From an uncultured Desulfarculus sp. (GTDB taxonomy: Bacteria > Desulfobacterota > Desulfarculia > Desulfarculales > Desulfarculaceae), in assembly GCA_963665125.2 (NCBI GenBank), contig CAXXUK010000001.1, positions 1,024,001 through 1,088,000 on the forward strand: DNA of 64,000 bases, in the 5' to 3' direction. A program made the position numbers and the translations under genes. This document shows, piece by piece, positions 19,078-28,451 of this stretch (positions are counted from its first letter, which is position 1; every line of letters begins with the position of its first letter). A model generated the notes under the pieces. It had not been told where the DNA came from, made no database searches, and was given only the letters and a program-made list of their open reading frames with translations.

Positions 19078-19164
19078 TTGCTTCCCTACGCTGGCATTAC
19101 CCAACAGGTTCAAGGGGTCTGCGCACCATGCGCACTCTCAGCCGAAAATTCGGCTCCCCCAGCA
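19078..19164 (-). ncRNA. TPP riboswitch aptamer
   Basis: Minus strand gctgggggagcc...ggCTGAGAg...gACCCcttGAACCTGttgggtAATGCCAGCGTAGGGAAgc; upstream of thi4. Confidence 0.95.
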
Positions 19165-19202
19165 TTACACTGGCGCGGCGGTGAAGCCGCTATGTGACCG
19201 CA

Positions 19203-19231
19203 ATTGTTACCGCGGACGCCTTTGATGTCAA
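19203..19231 (-). promoter_or_regulatory. Candidate sigma70 promoter for riboswitch-thi4
   Basis: TTGACA-N17-AACAAT on the minus strand. Confidence 0.5.
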
Positions 19232-19321
19232 TAGCGCCGCATTTGAAAAGTGAACTTGTGTGCTTGGTGTGGTGTTGCTATATACTAAAAGCATACAAAG
19301 GCCTTTCGGGTGAGGTGACAG

Positions 19322-19702
19322 ATGGTCGAGCAGCGTAAACGCACCAGGGTTGAATTTCATACAACGGCAGACATCCAGACAACCGGCGCCCGCGTTTTAG
19401 GGATGCAGACTAGGGACTTGAGCCACAAAGGGGTGTTTGTGCTGGGGGAATTGCCTCTTGAGGTCGGTCAGAAATGTGGAGTAACCATTCAACTGGGAGA
19501 CGATGAAAGTTCGCCCATCCTGCATATGGAGGGCAGGGTGGCCCGCCTAACGGCCGAGGGCGTGGCCATCGACTTCATTTCCATGGACCCCGATACATAC
19601 ATGCACCTGCGGCATCTGGTGCTGTTGAACGCCGAAAACCCTGTGGAGACGGCCAAGGAGTTTGTGGAACCTGCTTTTCCTGATCTGGAGGGAAAAGGTT
19701 AA
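19322..19702 (+). CDS. Stand-alone PilZ-domain protein
   Basis: RxxxR (RKRTR) and DxSxxG (DLSHKG) motifs. Confidence 0.88.
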   Translation: MVEQRKRTRVEFHTTADIQTTGARVLGMQTRDLSHKGVFVLGELPLEVGQKCGVTIQLGDDESSPILHMEGRVARLTAEGVAIDFISMDPDTYMHLRHLVLLNAENPVETAKEFVEPAFPDLEGKG

Positions 19703-19843
19703 GCATAAGCCCGGTTCTTGACAGAAATCATTCTTACGGGTAAAAAAGCAGGTCAACTGGGCCATTTCGGCCCGTTTTTAATAATATCCTTCCCATATCA
19801 ACGCGGTACCGAAACCGCCACAACCCTGAGGAGGCCCAAAAAA

Positions 19844-21037
19844 ATGGACCTATCCCGACGTGTGACCAGTATTGCACCTTCGCCCACCTTGGCCCTGGAT
19901 GCCAAGGCCAATGCAATGCGCGCCGAAGGTGTGGACGTCATCAACTTCACCGTGGGGCAGCCGGACTTCAACACCCCCGAGCGGATCTGCAAGGCGGCAA
20001 TCAAAGCCATCGAAGACGGCTTTACCCGCTACACTCCCGCGGCCGGCATCCCCGAGCTCAAACAGGCCATCTGCGACAAATTCAAACGCGACAACGGTCT
20101 GGACTACAAACCCGAGCAGGTGATGGTCAACGTCGGCGGTAAACACTCGGGCTACCTTGTGATGCAGGCCCTTTTGAACGAGGGCGACGAGGTCATCGTG
20201 CCGGCCCCGTATTGGGTCAGCTACCCGCCCATGGTCATTTTGGCCGGCGGCACCCCGGTGATCATCCAGACCAAGGAAGAAAACAAGTTCAAGCTGCAAC
20301 TTGATGAATTGAAGCCCCTGGTTAACGAAAAGACCAAGGCCATTTTCCTCAACTCGCCCAGCAATCCCACCGGCGCGGCCTACAGCGAAGACGAACTGCG
20401 CCCGATTGCCGAGTTCTGCGCTGAAAAGGGCATCCTCATCGTCAGCGACGAGATCTACGAGCCGATGATGTACGACGGCGCCAAATTCGTGGCCACGGCA
20501 TCGCTAAGCCAGAAGATCTATGAAAACACCGTCACCCTCAACGGCGTGTCAAAGACCTATGCCATGACCGGCTGGCGCATCGGCTACATGGGCGGTCCGG
20601 TTGAACTGATCAAGGCCTGCACCAAGATTCAGTCGCAGTCCACCAGCAACCCGACCTCCATCGCCCAGAAGGCGGCCGTCGAGGCCATCAACGGTCCCCA
20701 GGACGAAGTCGGCCAGATGGTGGGGGTGTTCGCCCGCCGCCGCGATCTGATTTACAAGCTTCTAAACGACATCCCCGGCGTGGAATGCTTCAAGCCCGAG
20801 GGCGCGTTTTATGCCTTCCCCAACTTCAGCGCCTATTACGGCAAGAAGGCCGGGGACAAGGTCATGACCGGCTCATCGGATCTGTGCGACCATTTGCTGG
20901 AAAACGCCCATGTCGCCCTGGTTCCGGGCAGCGCGTTCGGCACGGACGAGTGCATCCGCTTCAGCTTCGCCACCAGCGATGAGTTGATCATCGAAGGCGT
21001 AAAGCGCGTTGCCGACGCCTTGGCCAAACTCAGCTAA
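19844..21037 (+). CDS. Class I PLP-dependent aspartate aminotransferase
   Basis: NSPSNPTG, SDEIY, SKTYAMTGWRIG; GAGGAGG RBS before ATG 19844. Confidence 0.93.
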   Translation: MDLSRRVTSIAPSPTLALDAKANAMRAEGVDVINFTVGQPDFNTPERICKAAIKAIEDGFTRYTPAAGIPELKQAICDKFKRDNGLDYKPEQVMVNVGGKHSGYLVMQALLNEGDEVIVPAPYWVSYPPMVILAGGTPVIIQTKEENKFKLQLDELKPLVNEKTKAIFLNSPSNPTGAAYSEDELRPIAEFCAEKGILIVSDEIYEPMMYDGAKFVATASLSQKIYENTVTLNGVSKTYAMTGWRIGYMGGPVELIKACTKIQSQSTSNPTSIAQKAAVEAINGPQDEVGQMVGVFARRRDLIYKLLNDIPGVECFKPEGAFYAFPNFSAYYGKKAGDKVMTGSSDLCDHLLENAHVALVPGSAFGTDECIRFSFATSDELIIEGVKRVADALAKLS

Positions 21038-21071
21038 TAAATGAAATCGCTTCTCATATGCGGAGCGAAAC

Positions 21072-21103
21072 AAAAAACCCGGCCCACTCGGGCCGGGTTT
21101 TTT
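21072..21103. terminator. Bidirectional intrinsic terminator
   Basis: aaaaaacccggccc-actc-gggccgggtttttt between convergent genes. Confidence 0.93.
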
Positions 21104-21122
21104 ATTACAATTGATGTGAGTA

Positions 21123-21401
21123 CTACCTGCGGTGGGCGCGGCGGGAAGCCTTGAGGGGGTTGATCTTGATCTCTTCCTTCATTTCGCCCTTGACGTGGGT
21201 GGCGAAGTTGCAAACCCCATGGCGCCACTTGGCGGCCGGGTCCGGATAGCTGCGGCAGTACTGCATATCGCCGGCTTCGACCAGTCGATCACAGCCCAGG
21301 CAAGCTTCGATGGCCGGATGGCAGGTGCCGCCATTGTAGGTGCAGCCGTTTTTGCCCATCAGGGCGCATTCCTGACCTTCGCGAGTGGTCGTGCACAGCA
21401 T
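21123..21401 (-). CDS. PxxKW-family cysteine-rich small protein
   Basis: Eight Cys, PAAKW, CNFATH, INPLKASRR; AAGGAG RBS. Confidence 0.85.
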   Translation of the reverse strand: MLCTTTREGQECALMGKNGCTYNGGTCHPAIEACLGCDRLVEAGDMQYCRSYPDPAAKWRHGVCNFATHVKGEMKEEIKINPLKASRRAHRR

Positions 21402-21505
21402 TGTCTTGCTCCTTGGGTGTTAAATAATCCGGTTATGTCACCGGTTGGATAATGGCAATAAAAATGACCGGGTCCAGCATTTTGTCCGGCCCTGTCAGAA
21501 TCGCA

Positions 21506-21534
21506 ATTATGGTGGCCAAACAACATACTGTCAA
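21506..21534 (-). promoter_or_regulatory. Sigma70 promoter of the PxxKW gene
   Basis: TTGACA-N17-CATAAT on the minus strand. Confidence 0.7.
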
Positions 21535-21573
21535 GATTAAATTATAACTCGATTTTACAGTGAGTGACCGACC

Positions 21574-21602
21574 TTGACAAATAAGGCGCGCTGACGTAGA
21601 TA
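21574..21602 (+). promoter_or_regulatory. Candidate divergent sigma70 promoter for the lysS cluster
   Basis: TTGACA-N17-TAGATA (weak -10). Confidence 0.4.
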
Positions 21603-21678
21603 AATTAGCTTGGTTCAAGGAGAAAAACGCCCCTTTGAACGTCTACTAACCAGGGGCTGCGAAACATATTTGGAGTTA

Positions 21679-23220
21679 ATGAAAGTGGCTAACAACGGCG
21701 AAAAGAAAAAGCCCAGCGGGGCCAAGCCAGACAACATCCTCGATGAAAACAATCTAATACGCCAGCGCCGTAAAAAAGCCGCTGACATCAAGGAGATGGG
21801 GTTCCCCCTCTTCCCCAATACGTTTCGCCCCCGTGACGCCATCGGCGAACTCCGGGCCCAGTACGACAACCTCGACGCCGCCAGGCTCGAGTCACTGGAA
21901 GACACCAAATTCACCCTCGCCGGCCGGATCATTGCCATACGCAGCTTCGGCAAGGCCGCCTTTGTCAAATTGCGTGACCGCACCGGTACTTTGCAGCTGC
22001 ATCTCCAGAAAGATATTTTGGGCGACAGCTTCGCGTTGTTCAAGAAGCTGGACGTGGGCGACATAATAGGTGTGAGCGGCTCGCTTTTCCGCACAAAGAC
22101 CAGGGAACTGACCCTGAGGGTTGAAACTTTCCGGCTGATCACCAAGAGCTACCGCCCGCTGCCGGAAAAATTCCACGGACTCACCGACGTGGAGGCGCGC
22201 TACCGCCAGCGTTACCTGGACCTGATCATGAACGACGAGGTCCGGGACATCTTCATCGCCCGTTCCAAGATCGTGAACACACTGCGGTCTTCGCTAACGG
22301 ACAAGGGCTTCATGGAGGTGGAGACGCCCATGATGCAGATCATTCCCGGCGGTGCCACGGCCAGGCCTTTTGAGACCTACCACAACGCCCTGGGCATGAA
22401 GCTGTATTTGCGCGTGGCTCCGGAGTTGTACCTCAAGCGCCTGGTAGTGGGCGGCCTGGAGCGGGTCTTTGAACTGAACCGCAACTTCCGCAACGAGGGC
22501 ATCAGCATCCGGCACAATCCGGAATTCACCATGCTCGAGTTTTACATGGCCTATGCCTCCTACGAGGACCTGATGTCCATCACCGAGGAGGTTTTCGGCG
22601 CCTGCGCCATGGCCGTGCGCGGCTCTTTGAAGTTCGACTACCAGGGCAGGGAGGTCGACCTGACTCCGCCTTGGGAAAATCTCGATTTCCGCAGCAGCCT
22701 CATAGAGATCGGCCATGTGCCATCGGAAGTGCTTTTCGATACGGAAAAGGCGCTCAATATGAGCACCCACCTGGGCGGCAAGCACAAGCCCGGCGACAAC
22801 CTGGGCAAGGCCCTGGCCAAGATTTTCGACGTGACCGTGGAGCCCCACCTGTGGCAGCCTACGTACATCACCGGCTATCCCCGGGACATATCGCCGCTGA
22901 GCCGCACCAATGACCTGGACCCGGAAATCGTCGACCGCTTCGAATTTTTCATAACCGGCCGGGAAATGGGCAACGGATTCAGCGAACTCAACGATCCCGA
23001 CGATCAGCGCGACCGCTTCTTCGAGCAGGTCGCCCAGCGTGAAGCCGGTGACGATGAAGCACAGTTCATGGACGCCGACTACGTCCGGGCCCTGGAATTC
23101 GGCATGCCTCCCACGGCGGGCGAGGGCATCGGTATAGACAGGCTGGTGATGTTGCTGACCGACCAGCCCAGTATTCGTGAGGTAATTCTATTCCCGCTGT
23201 TGAGGCCTGAGCAGGCGTAA
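21679..23220 (+). CDS. lysS: Lysine-tRNA ligase, class II
   Basis: PLPEKFHGL, RYRQRYLDL, EVETPMM, FRNEGI, HNPEF, GMPPTAGEGIGIDRL. Confidence 0.98.
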   Translation: MKVANNGEKKKPSGAKPDNILDENNLIRQRRKKAADIKEMGFPLFPNTFRPRDAIGELRAQYDNLDAARLESLEDTKFTLAGRIIAIRSFGKAAFVKLRDRTGTLQLHLQKDILGDSFALFKKLDVGDIIGVSGSLFRTKTRELTLRVETFRLITKSYRPLPEKFHGLTDVEARYRQRYLDLIMNDEVRDIFIARSKIVNTLRSSLTDKGFMEVETPMMQIIPGGATARPFETYHNALGMKLYLRVAPELYLKRLVVGGLERVFELNRNFRNEGISIRHNPEFTMLEFYMAYASYEDLMSITEEVFGACAMAVRGSLKFDYQGREVDLTPPWENLDFRSSLIEIGHVPSEVLFDTEKALNMSTHLGGKHKPGDNLGKALAKIFDVTVEPHLWQPTYITGYPRDISPLSRTNDLDPEIVDRFEFFITGREMGNGFSELNDPDDQRDRFFEQVAQREAGDDEAQFMDADYVRALEFGMPPTAGEGIGIDRLVMLLTDQPSIREVILFPLLRPEQA

Positions 23221-24446
23221 TGAAGTTTGAACTATTCGTGGCCCTGCGCTATTTGCGCGTTAAACGCAAACAGGGTTTCATCTCGCTGATCACCGTGCTG
23301 TCCATGGCCGGAGTTGCTCTGGGCGTGTGCGCGTTGATAGTCGTCTTGTCGGTGATGGGCGGATTTGAGCGCGAATGGAAAAAGAAGATTCTGGGGCTTA
23401 ATTCCCATGTCCTGGTCTATGGACTGGGCGGCGGCATTTCAGACCCGGAAAAAGTAATGGATAAAGTGCGGCGTGACCCCGACGTAACGGCGGTCACGCC
23501 GTTTGTTTACGGCCAGGTGATGATCCTGGCGCCGGGCGAGGCTAGCGGCGCCCTTATGCGCGGCGTTGACGTGCCCTCGGCCATCAAGGTCCTGGACCTG
23601 AAGAATATCATGGTCAGCGGGTCGCTGGAGGACCTGAAACGCCCGGAAGGTCAAATGCCCGGGCTCGTGGTGGGTATGGCCCTGGCCCGGTCAATGGGGC
23701 TGCACAAGGGCGGTGTCGTCACGGTGGTCAACCCGCTGGGAGAGGACACGCCCGTGGGGCGGTTGCCCCGAAGCGAGCCCTTCCAGGTGGTGGGTATCTT
23801 TGAATCGGGCATGTATCAGTACGATTCGAGCATATGTTTCGCCGCGTTGCCCGCCACCCAGGACTTTTTCGGCCTCGGCGGCAAGGTGTCCGGCCTTGAA
23901 CTGACGGTCCGCGACATTTATGATGCTCCAGAGGTGGCCAAAAGGCTTGACGATGAGTTGGGCTTTGCCTACTACACTCGCGACTGGATAGCCATGAACC
24001 ATAGCCTGTTCGCGGCCCTGAAGCTGGAACGGGTGGTGATGTTCATCATCCTCACGCTCATCGTAATGGTGGCGGCATTTGGAATAGTCAGTTCGCTTAT
24101 AATGCTGGTGATGGACAAGACATCGGATATCGGGGTGCTTAAGGCCATGGGCGCCTCGAGCAACATGATCAGGCGGGTGTTCACCATGGTCGGGCTGACC
24201 ATCGGTGTGTTGGGTACGCTTATCGGCCTACTGGGCGGCCTTGGCCTGTGCGCATTGCTGACCCGCTACCAATTTATAGAGTTGCCCAAGGACATTTACG
24301 CCCTAGGCAAGCTGCCCGTTGAAATAGACCCGATTACCGTTGCCATTATCGCGGCCAGTGCCATTGTGATCAGTCTGGCGGCCACTATTTATCCGGCGCA
24401 CAAGGCCGGTGCGATGAATCCCGTGGATGCTTTGCGTTATGAGTAG
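23220..24446 (+). CDS. lolC: Lipoprotein-releasing permease LolC/E
   Basis: FVALRYL, SVMGGF, IGVLKAMG, ATIYPA, PVDALRYE. Confidence 0.92.
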   Translation: MKFELFVALRYLRVKRKQGFISLITVLSMAGVALGVCALIVVLSVMGGFEREWKKKILGLNSHVLVYGLGGGISDPEKVMDKVRRDPDVTAVTPFVYGQVMILAPGEASGALMRGVDVPSAIKVLDLKNIMVSGSLEDLKRPEGQMPGLVVGMALARSMGLHKGGVVTVVNPLGEDTPVGRLPRSEPFQVVGIFESGMYQYDSSICFAALPATQDFFGLGGKVSGLELTVRDIYDAPEVAKRLDDELGFAYYTRDWIAMNHSLFAALKLERVVMFIILTLIVMVAAFGIVSSLIMLVMDKTSDIGVLKAMGASSNMIRRVFTMVGLTIGVLGTLIGLLGGLGLCALLTRYQFIELPKDIYALGKLPVEIDPITVAIIAASAIVISLAATIYPAHKAGAMNPVDALRYE

Positions 24447-24494
24447 ATTGCCTAAACACCGCCATGTTAACGGGCGCTTGTTGGAGCTAAACAC

Positions 24495-25184
24495 TTGACA
24501 GAAGGCCAGCCACTGATTCATATAAGTAAGCTCGTAAAGGCGTACACCCTTGGCGGCCGGAAGGTGCAGGTGCTCAAGGGACTGGACCTGGATGTGGCCG
24601 CAGGCGAAATGGTGGCCGTATTGGGGGCCTCTGGTGTAGGCAAATCCACTTTGTTGCACATCACCGGAACCCTGGACCGCCCTTCTTCAGGGCAGTTGTT
24701 CATGGAGGGGCGAGATCTCTTCAAACTCGATGAAAACTCTCTTGCCGCCTTCAGAAATAAGCATGTCGGGTTTGTTTTCCAATTTCACCACCTTCTTCCG
24801 GAATTTTCTGCCTTGGAAAATGTAATGATGCCGGCATTGGTGGGGAGAATAGCCGAATCGGAGGCCAGGGAAAAGGCATTGGAGCTTTTGGAGTCGGTGG
24901 GCATGACCCACAGGCTCGACCATAGACTGGCCGAAATGTCCGGAGGCGAACAGCAGCGAGTGGCCATCGCCCGGGCCTTGGTCAGGGGACCCAAGGTGCT
25001 GTTGGCCGATGAACCGACCGGAAACCTAGATGAGCGTACAGGACAGAAAGTTTTCGATATAATAAGGAACTTGAACGCGGCCAGGGGCTTGACGACCTTG
25101 GTTGCGACTCACAACGAAAGGCTTGCCGCACAGATGGACCGCCGGGTCAGATTGGCTGACGGCCTGGCTCATCCGGTTGATTAG
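24495..25184 (+). CDS. lolD: Lipoprotein-releasing ATPase LolD
   Basis: GASGVGKST, GFVFQFHHLLPEF, ADEPTGNLD. Confidence 0.95.
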   Translation: MTEGQPLIHISKLVKAYTLGGRKVQVLKGLDLDVAAGEMVAVLGASGVGKSTLLHITGTLDRPSSGQLFMEGRDLFKLDENSLAAFRNKHVGFVFQFHHLLPEFSALENVMMPALVGRIAESEAREKALELLESVGMTHRLDHRLAEMSGGEQQRVAIARALVRGPKVLLADEPTGNLDERTGQKVFDIIRNLNAARGLTTLVATHNERLAAQMDRRVRLADGLAHPVD

Positions 25185-25203
25185 CGGCGTGGAGCGAATT
25201 GGG

Positions 25204-27861
25204 ATGTATAGCGGCTCGGTGAAAAAGACCTGCTTGCTTGCGGCTCTTGTTCTGATCATGCTGGCGGCCCCCGCCGCCTGGGCTCAGGAACAGAACAAGG
25301 TGGCCGTCTTTCCTTTCCAGATTTTCAGCAGTGAACCGCTGAGTCATCTCAGTCTTGATCTGCAGAAAATGTTGGCCGATAGACTGGCCAAGGAAGGTGT
25401 CGGCGTTATTGATTCGGGCCAAGTGAATCAAGCACTTCGCTCCATCAATCAACCGCTGGACCTTGCCCTTGCCAGAAAGCTGGCCGACCAGTTGGGGGCC
25501 GAGTTCGCGGTCTATGGTTCGCTTACCAAAATCGGCGCCAGGGTCTCCATCGACGTCAAGGTCCTTGACGTCTTGGGCATTCGCAGACCCCAAACGGTCT
25601 TCAGCGAGGGCGTGGGCATAGACTCTCTTCCTGACATGAGCAATAAGCTGGCCAGGGAAGTCGCCGTACTGTCCTCGGGCCGCGAACAGGTCGCCGACAT
25701 TGAAGTCGTGGGCGCAAAACGCATCGAGGCCGAGGCGGTCAAGGCCGTCATGAAAACAAAGGCCGGCGGACCGTTCTCCATGATCCGTCTGGACGACGAC
25801 CTCAAGCGCATCTGGAATATGGGATATTTCGAGGACGTTCGCCTCAAGACCCGCGACACCGAGCGTGGCAAGATCGTCATTGTCGACGTCAAGGAAAAGC
25901 CCAGCATAAAGGAAATCCGCATTGTAGGCGCCAAGGAACTCGATCCCCAGGACATCAAGGATGATCTGGGCATCAAGCCTTTTGGCGTATACAAACCCGT
26001 CGAAATCAAGGAAGCCGACCAAAAAATCGTCGAAATGTACCGCAACAAGGGCTATTACGACGTCCAGGTCACCGATACGGTAAAGGATCTTCCTTCCGGC
26101 GACAAGAGCATCACCTTCAATATCGATGAAGGTAAAAAGGTCCTCATCAGCAAGATCGAATTCGAGGGCAACAAGTCCTTTGATTCCGATGAGCTTGAGG
26201 ATCTGATGAGCACTCAGGGTGAAGGATGGTTCACATGGATCACCGACGCCAACGTCCTGGAAAGCGCCAAGCTGGAACAGGATATCAACCACATCAGTGA
26301 TTTCTATTACAACCACGGTTTCATGCGGGCAAAGGTCGGAGACCCGCAGATCACCAGGGGTGAAGACGGCCTGATCATCACCATCAAGATCGTCGAGGGC
26401 AACCGCTTCAAAGTCGGCAGCCTGGATGTCCAGGGCGAAATGATCGTGCCCAAGGAAAAGCTGATCGAGGGGATGAAAACCAAGGTCGGCGAATGGTACA
26501 ACCGCCAGAATCTCCGGGCCGACATAATGGACGTCAACACCCGTTATTCGGACCAGGGTTTTGCCTACGTCGAGGTCAGGCCCCAGATCAAGGAAAACGA
26601 TTCCAACTATACCGTTGATATTACATTGGATATCAAAAAGGGTATCGAGGTCTATTTCGAGAATATACTCATCACCGGCAACTCCAGGACCCGCGACTAC
26701 GTGATCAGGCGTGAACTGAGCGCCGCCGAGGGAGACATGTTCTCCGGTACGGCCATCCGCAACGCCAACCTGAGGCTGCGTCGTCTGAACTTCTTTGAAG
26801 ACGTGCAGGTGACCACCACCAAGGGTTCGGCCGCGGACAAGATGAACCTTGGCATCAAGGTCAAGGAAAAGCGCACCGGCCAGATATCCCTTGGCGCCGG
26901 TTACTCCACCCAGGACAGCTTTATGGTCATGGGCTCCATCAGCGAGTCGAACCTGTTCGGCAGGGGCCAGACCTTGGAACTCAAGGGTCAAGTCGGCGGC
27001 AAGTCCACCCGCTACACCATCAGCTTTACCGAGCCCTGGCTGTTTGACCGGCCCATAAGCTTTGGTATAGATATTTACGACTGGGAACGCGAATACATCG
27101 ATTATGACAAGGAGGCGATCGGTGGACGTTTGCGCTGGGGCTTCCCCACGCCTCTTTACGCCACCAGATTCTATCTGTACTACAAATATGAAGAGGCCAA
27201 TATAACGGATATCTCGGACAGCGCGTCGGTGCAGGTCCAGGATCAGGCGGGCTGGCACACCACCAGTTCGGTCCGCGCCATGGTGCGGCGAGATACGAGA
27301 AACAAAGCCATCAACGCCGATGAGGGCTCCGATAACAGCATCAGTGTTGAATACGCCGGCGGTCCTCTGGGCGGCACCAACTACTTCACCAAGGTTATTG
27401 GCGACACGGGATGGTATTTCCCGCTCTGGTGGGAGACGGTTTTCGTGGCACACGGCCGCATCGGTTGGCTGACCCAAAACTCGGGCGGCGACCTGCCAAT
27501 GTACGAAAAATTCTACCTTGGCGGCATCAACACCCTGCGCGGCTTTGACTATCTGTCGGTCAGCCCCATGGACGCCAACGGCGACCGTATCGGTGGTGAG
27601 CACATGTTGCTGTTCAACTTTGAGTACCGTTTCCCCCTGGTGCCCAAGGCCGGACTCAGCGGCGTGGTGTTCTTCGATACCGGTAATGTTTGGACCAAGG
27701 ACGAAGGCTACCAGCTTGGCGATATGCGCCAAAGCGTCGGCGCGGGTATACGGTGGATGTCGCCCATCGGTCCGCTTCGTCTTGAATACGGCTACGTGCT
27801 TGATCCGGAGCCCGGCGACGACGACTCAAACTGGGAATTCACAATCGGAAGTATGTTCTAA
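25204..27861 (+). CDS. bamA: Outer-membrane assembly factor BamA with an extra N-terminal domain
   Basis: POTRA repeats; NLFGRGQ; LRGF; SPIGPL; C-terminal Phe. Confidence 0.96.
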   Translation: MYSGSVKKTCLLAALVLIMLAAPAAWAQEQNKVAVFPFQIFSSEPLSHLSLDLQKMLADRLAKEGVGVIDSGQVNQALRSINQPLDLALARKLADQLGAEFAVYGSLTKIGARVSIDVKVLDVLGIRRPQTVFSEGVGIDSLPDMSNKLAREVAVLSSGREQVADIEVVGAKRIEAEAVKAVMKTKAGGPFSMIRLDDDLKRIWNMGYFEDVRLKTRDTERGKIVIVDVKEKPSIKEIRIVGAKELDPQDIKDDLGIKPFGVYKPVEIKEADQKIVEMYRNKGYYDVQVTDTVKDLPSGDKSITFNIDEGKKVLISKIEFEGNKSFDSDELEDLMSTQGEGWFTWITDANVLESAKLEQDINHISDFYYNHGFMRAKVGDPQITRGEDGLIITIKIVEGNRFKVGSLDVQGEMIVPKEKLIEGMKTKVGEWYNRQNLRADIMDVNTRYSDQGFAYVEVRPQIKENDSNYTVDITLDIKKGIEVYFENILITGNSRTRDYVIRRELSAAEGDMFSGTAIRNANLRLRRLNFFEDVQVTTTKGSAADKMNLGIKVKEKRTGQISLGAGYSTQDSFMVMGSISESNLFGRGQTLELKGQVGGKSTRYTISFTEPWLFDRPISFGIDIYDWEREYIDYDKEAIGGRLRWGFPTPLYATRFYLYYKYEEANITDISDSASVQVQDQAGWHTTSSVRAMVRRDTRNKAINADEGSDNSISVEYAGGPLGGTNYFTKVIGDTGWYFPLWWETVFVAHGRIGWLTQNSGGDLPMYEKFYLGGINTLRGFDYLSVSPMDANGDRIGGEHMLLFNFEYRFPLVPKAGLSGVVFFDTGNVWTKDEGYQLGDMRQSVGAGIRWMSPIGPLRLEYGYVLDPEPGDDDSNWEFTIGSMF

Positions 27862-27886
27862 ACCGCTTCACGGCAGGAGATCCTAA

Positions 27887-28423
27887 ATGATTAAAGCAAG
27901 CAAGAAACTTATCGCGGCCGGCCTTGGTGCTTTGTTGGTGCTGGGTTTGACGGCGGTTCCAAACGTAGCAAAAGCTGAAACCAAAATCGGTGTTGTTTAT
28001 ATGCTTCGGGCCATCGCCGAATGCAATGACGGTAAAAAGGCTCGGGCCGAGTTGAAGCGTCAGGACGAAAAAAGCCAGACCGAGATGAAGCAGCTTGGCA
28101 ATGAAATCAACAAACTGCGGGCCTACCTGTTTGACGCCCAGGATATGATGAAGAGCGAAGTGCGGGTGCAGAAGCAGTATGAACTGCAAAAGAAAATCAA
28201 GCAGTTCAATGATATGCGTGACGACCGCGCCCGTGAGCTCTCCGCCGCCGAACGGCGTCTGTTCGACCCCATCAAGCGCAAGATGGCCGAACTGATCAAG
28301 GCAGTCGGCACCAAGGGCAAGTATGAGATGATCATCGCGGCCGAGGGCGGCGTTGTTTATCATCCCAAGAGCGCCGATATCACCGACGAAATCATTTCCG
28401 CCTATGATGCGCAATATAAATAG
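27887..28423 (+). CDS. skp: Skp/OmpH chaperone
   Basis: Signal peptide, KIGVV, coiled coil, DITDEII; bamA-skp-lpxD order. Confidence 0.9.
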   Translation: MIKASKKLIAAGLGALLVLGLTAVPNVAKAETKIGVVYMLRAIAECNDGKKARAELKRQDEKSQTEMKQLGNEINKLRAYLFDAQDMMKSEVRVQKQYELQKKIKQFNDMRDDRARELSAAERRLFDPIKRKMAELIKAVGTKGKYEMIIAAEGGVVYHPKSADITDEIISAYDAQYK

Positions 28424-28451
28424 ACGGAAAGCCTAAAAAAAGGATCGACAA

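Noticed and set aside
19264..19279. Sigma54-like site before the PilZ gene
   Set aside because: Spacing is GG-N9-GC; sigma54 requires N10.
25147..27732. 861-aa antisense ORF opposite bamA
   Set aside because: Typical stop-poor antisense frame in GC-biased coding DNA; no domain signal.
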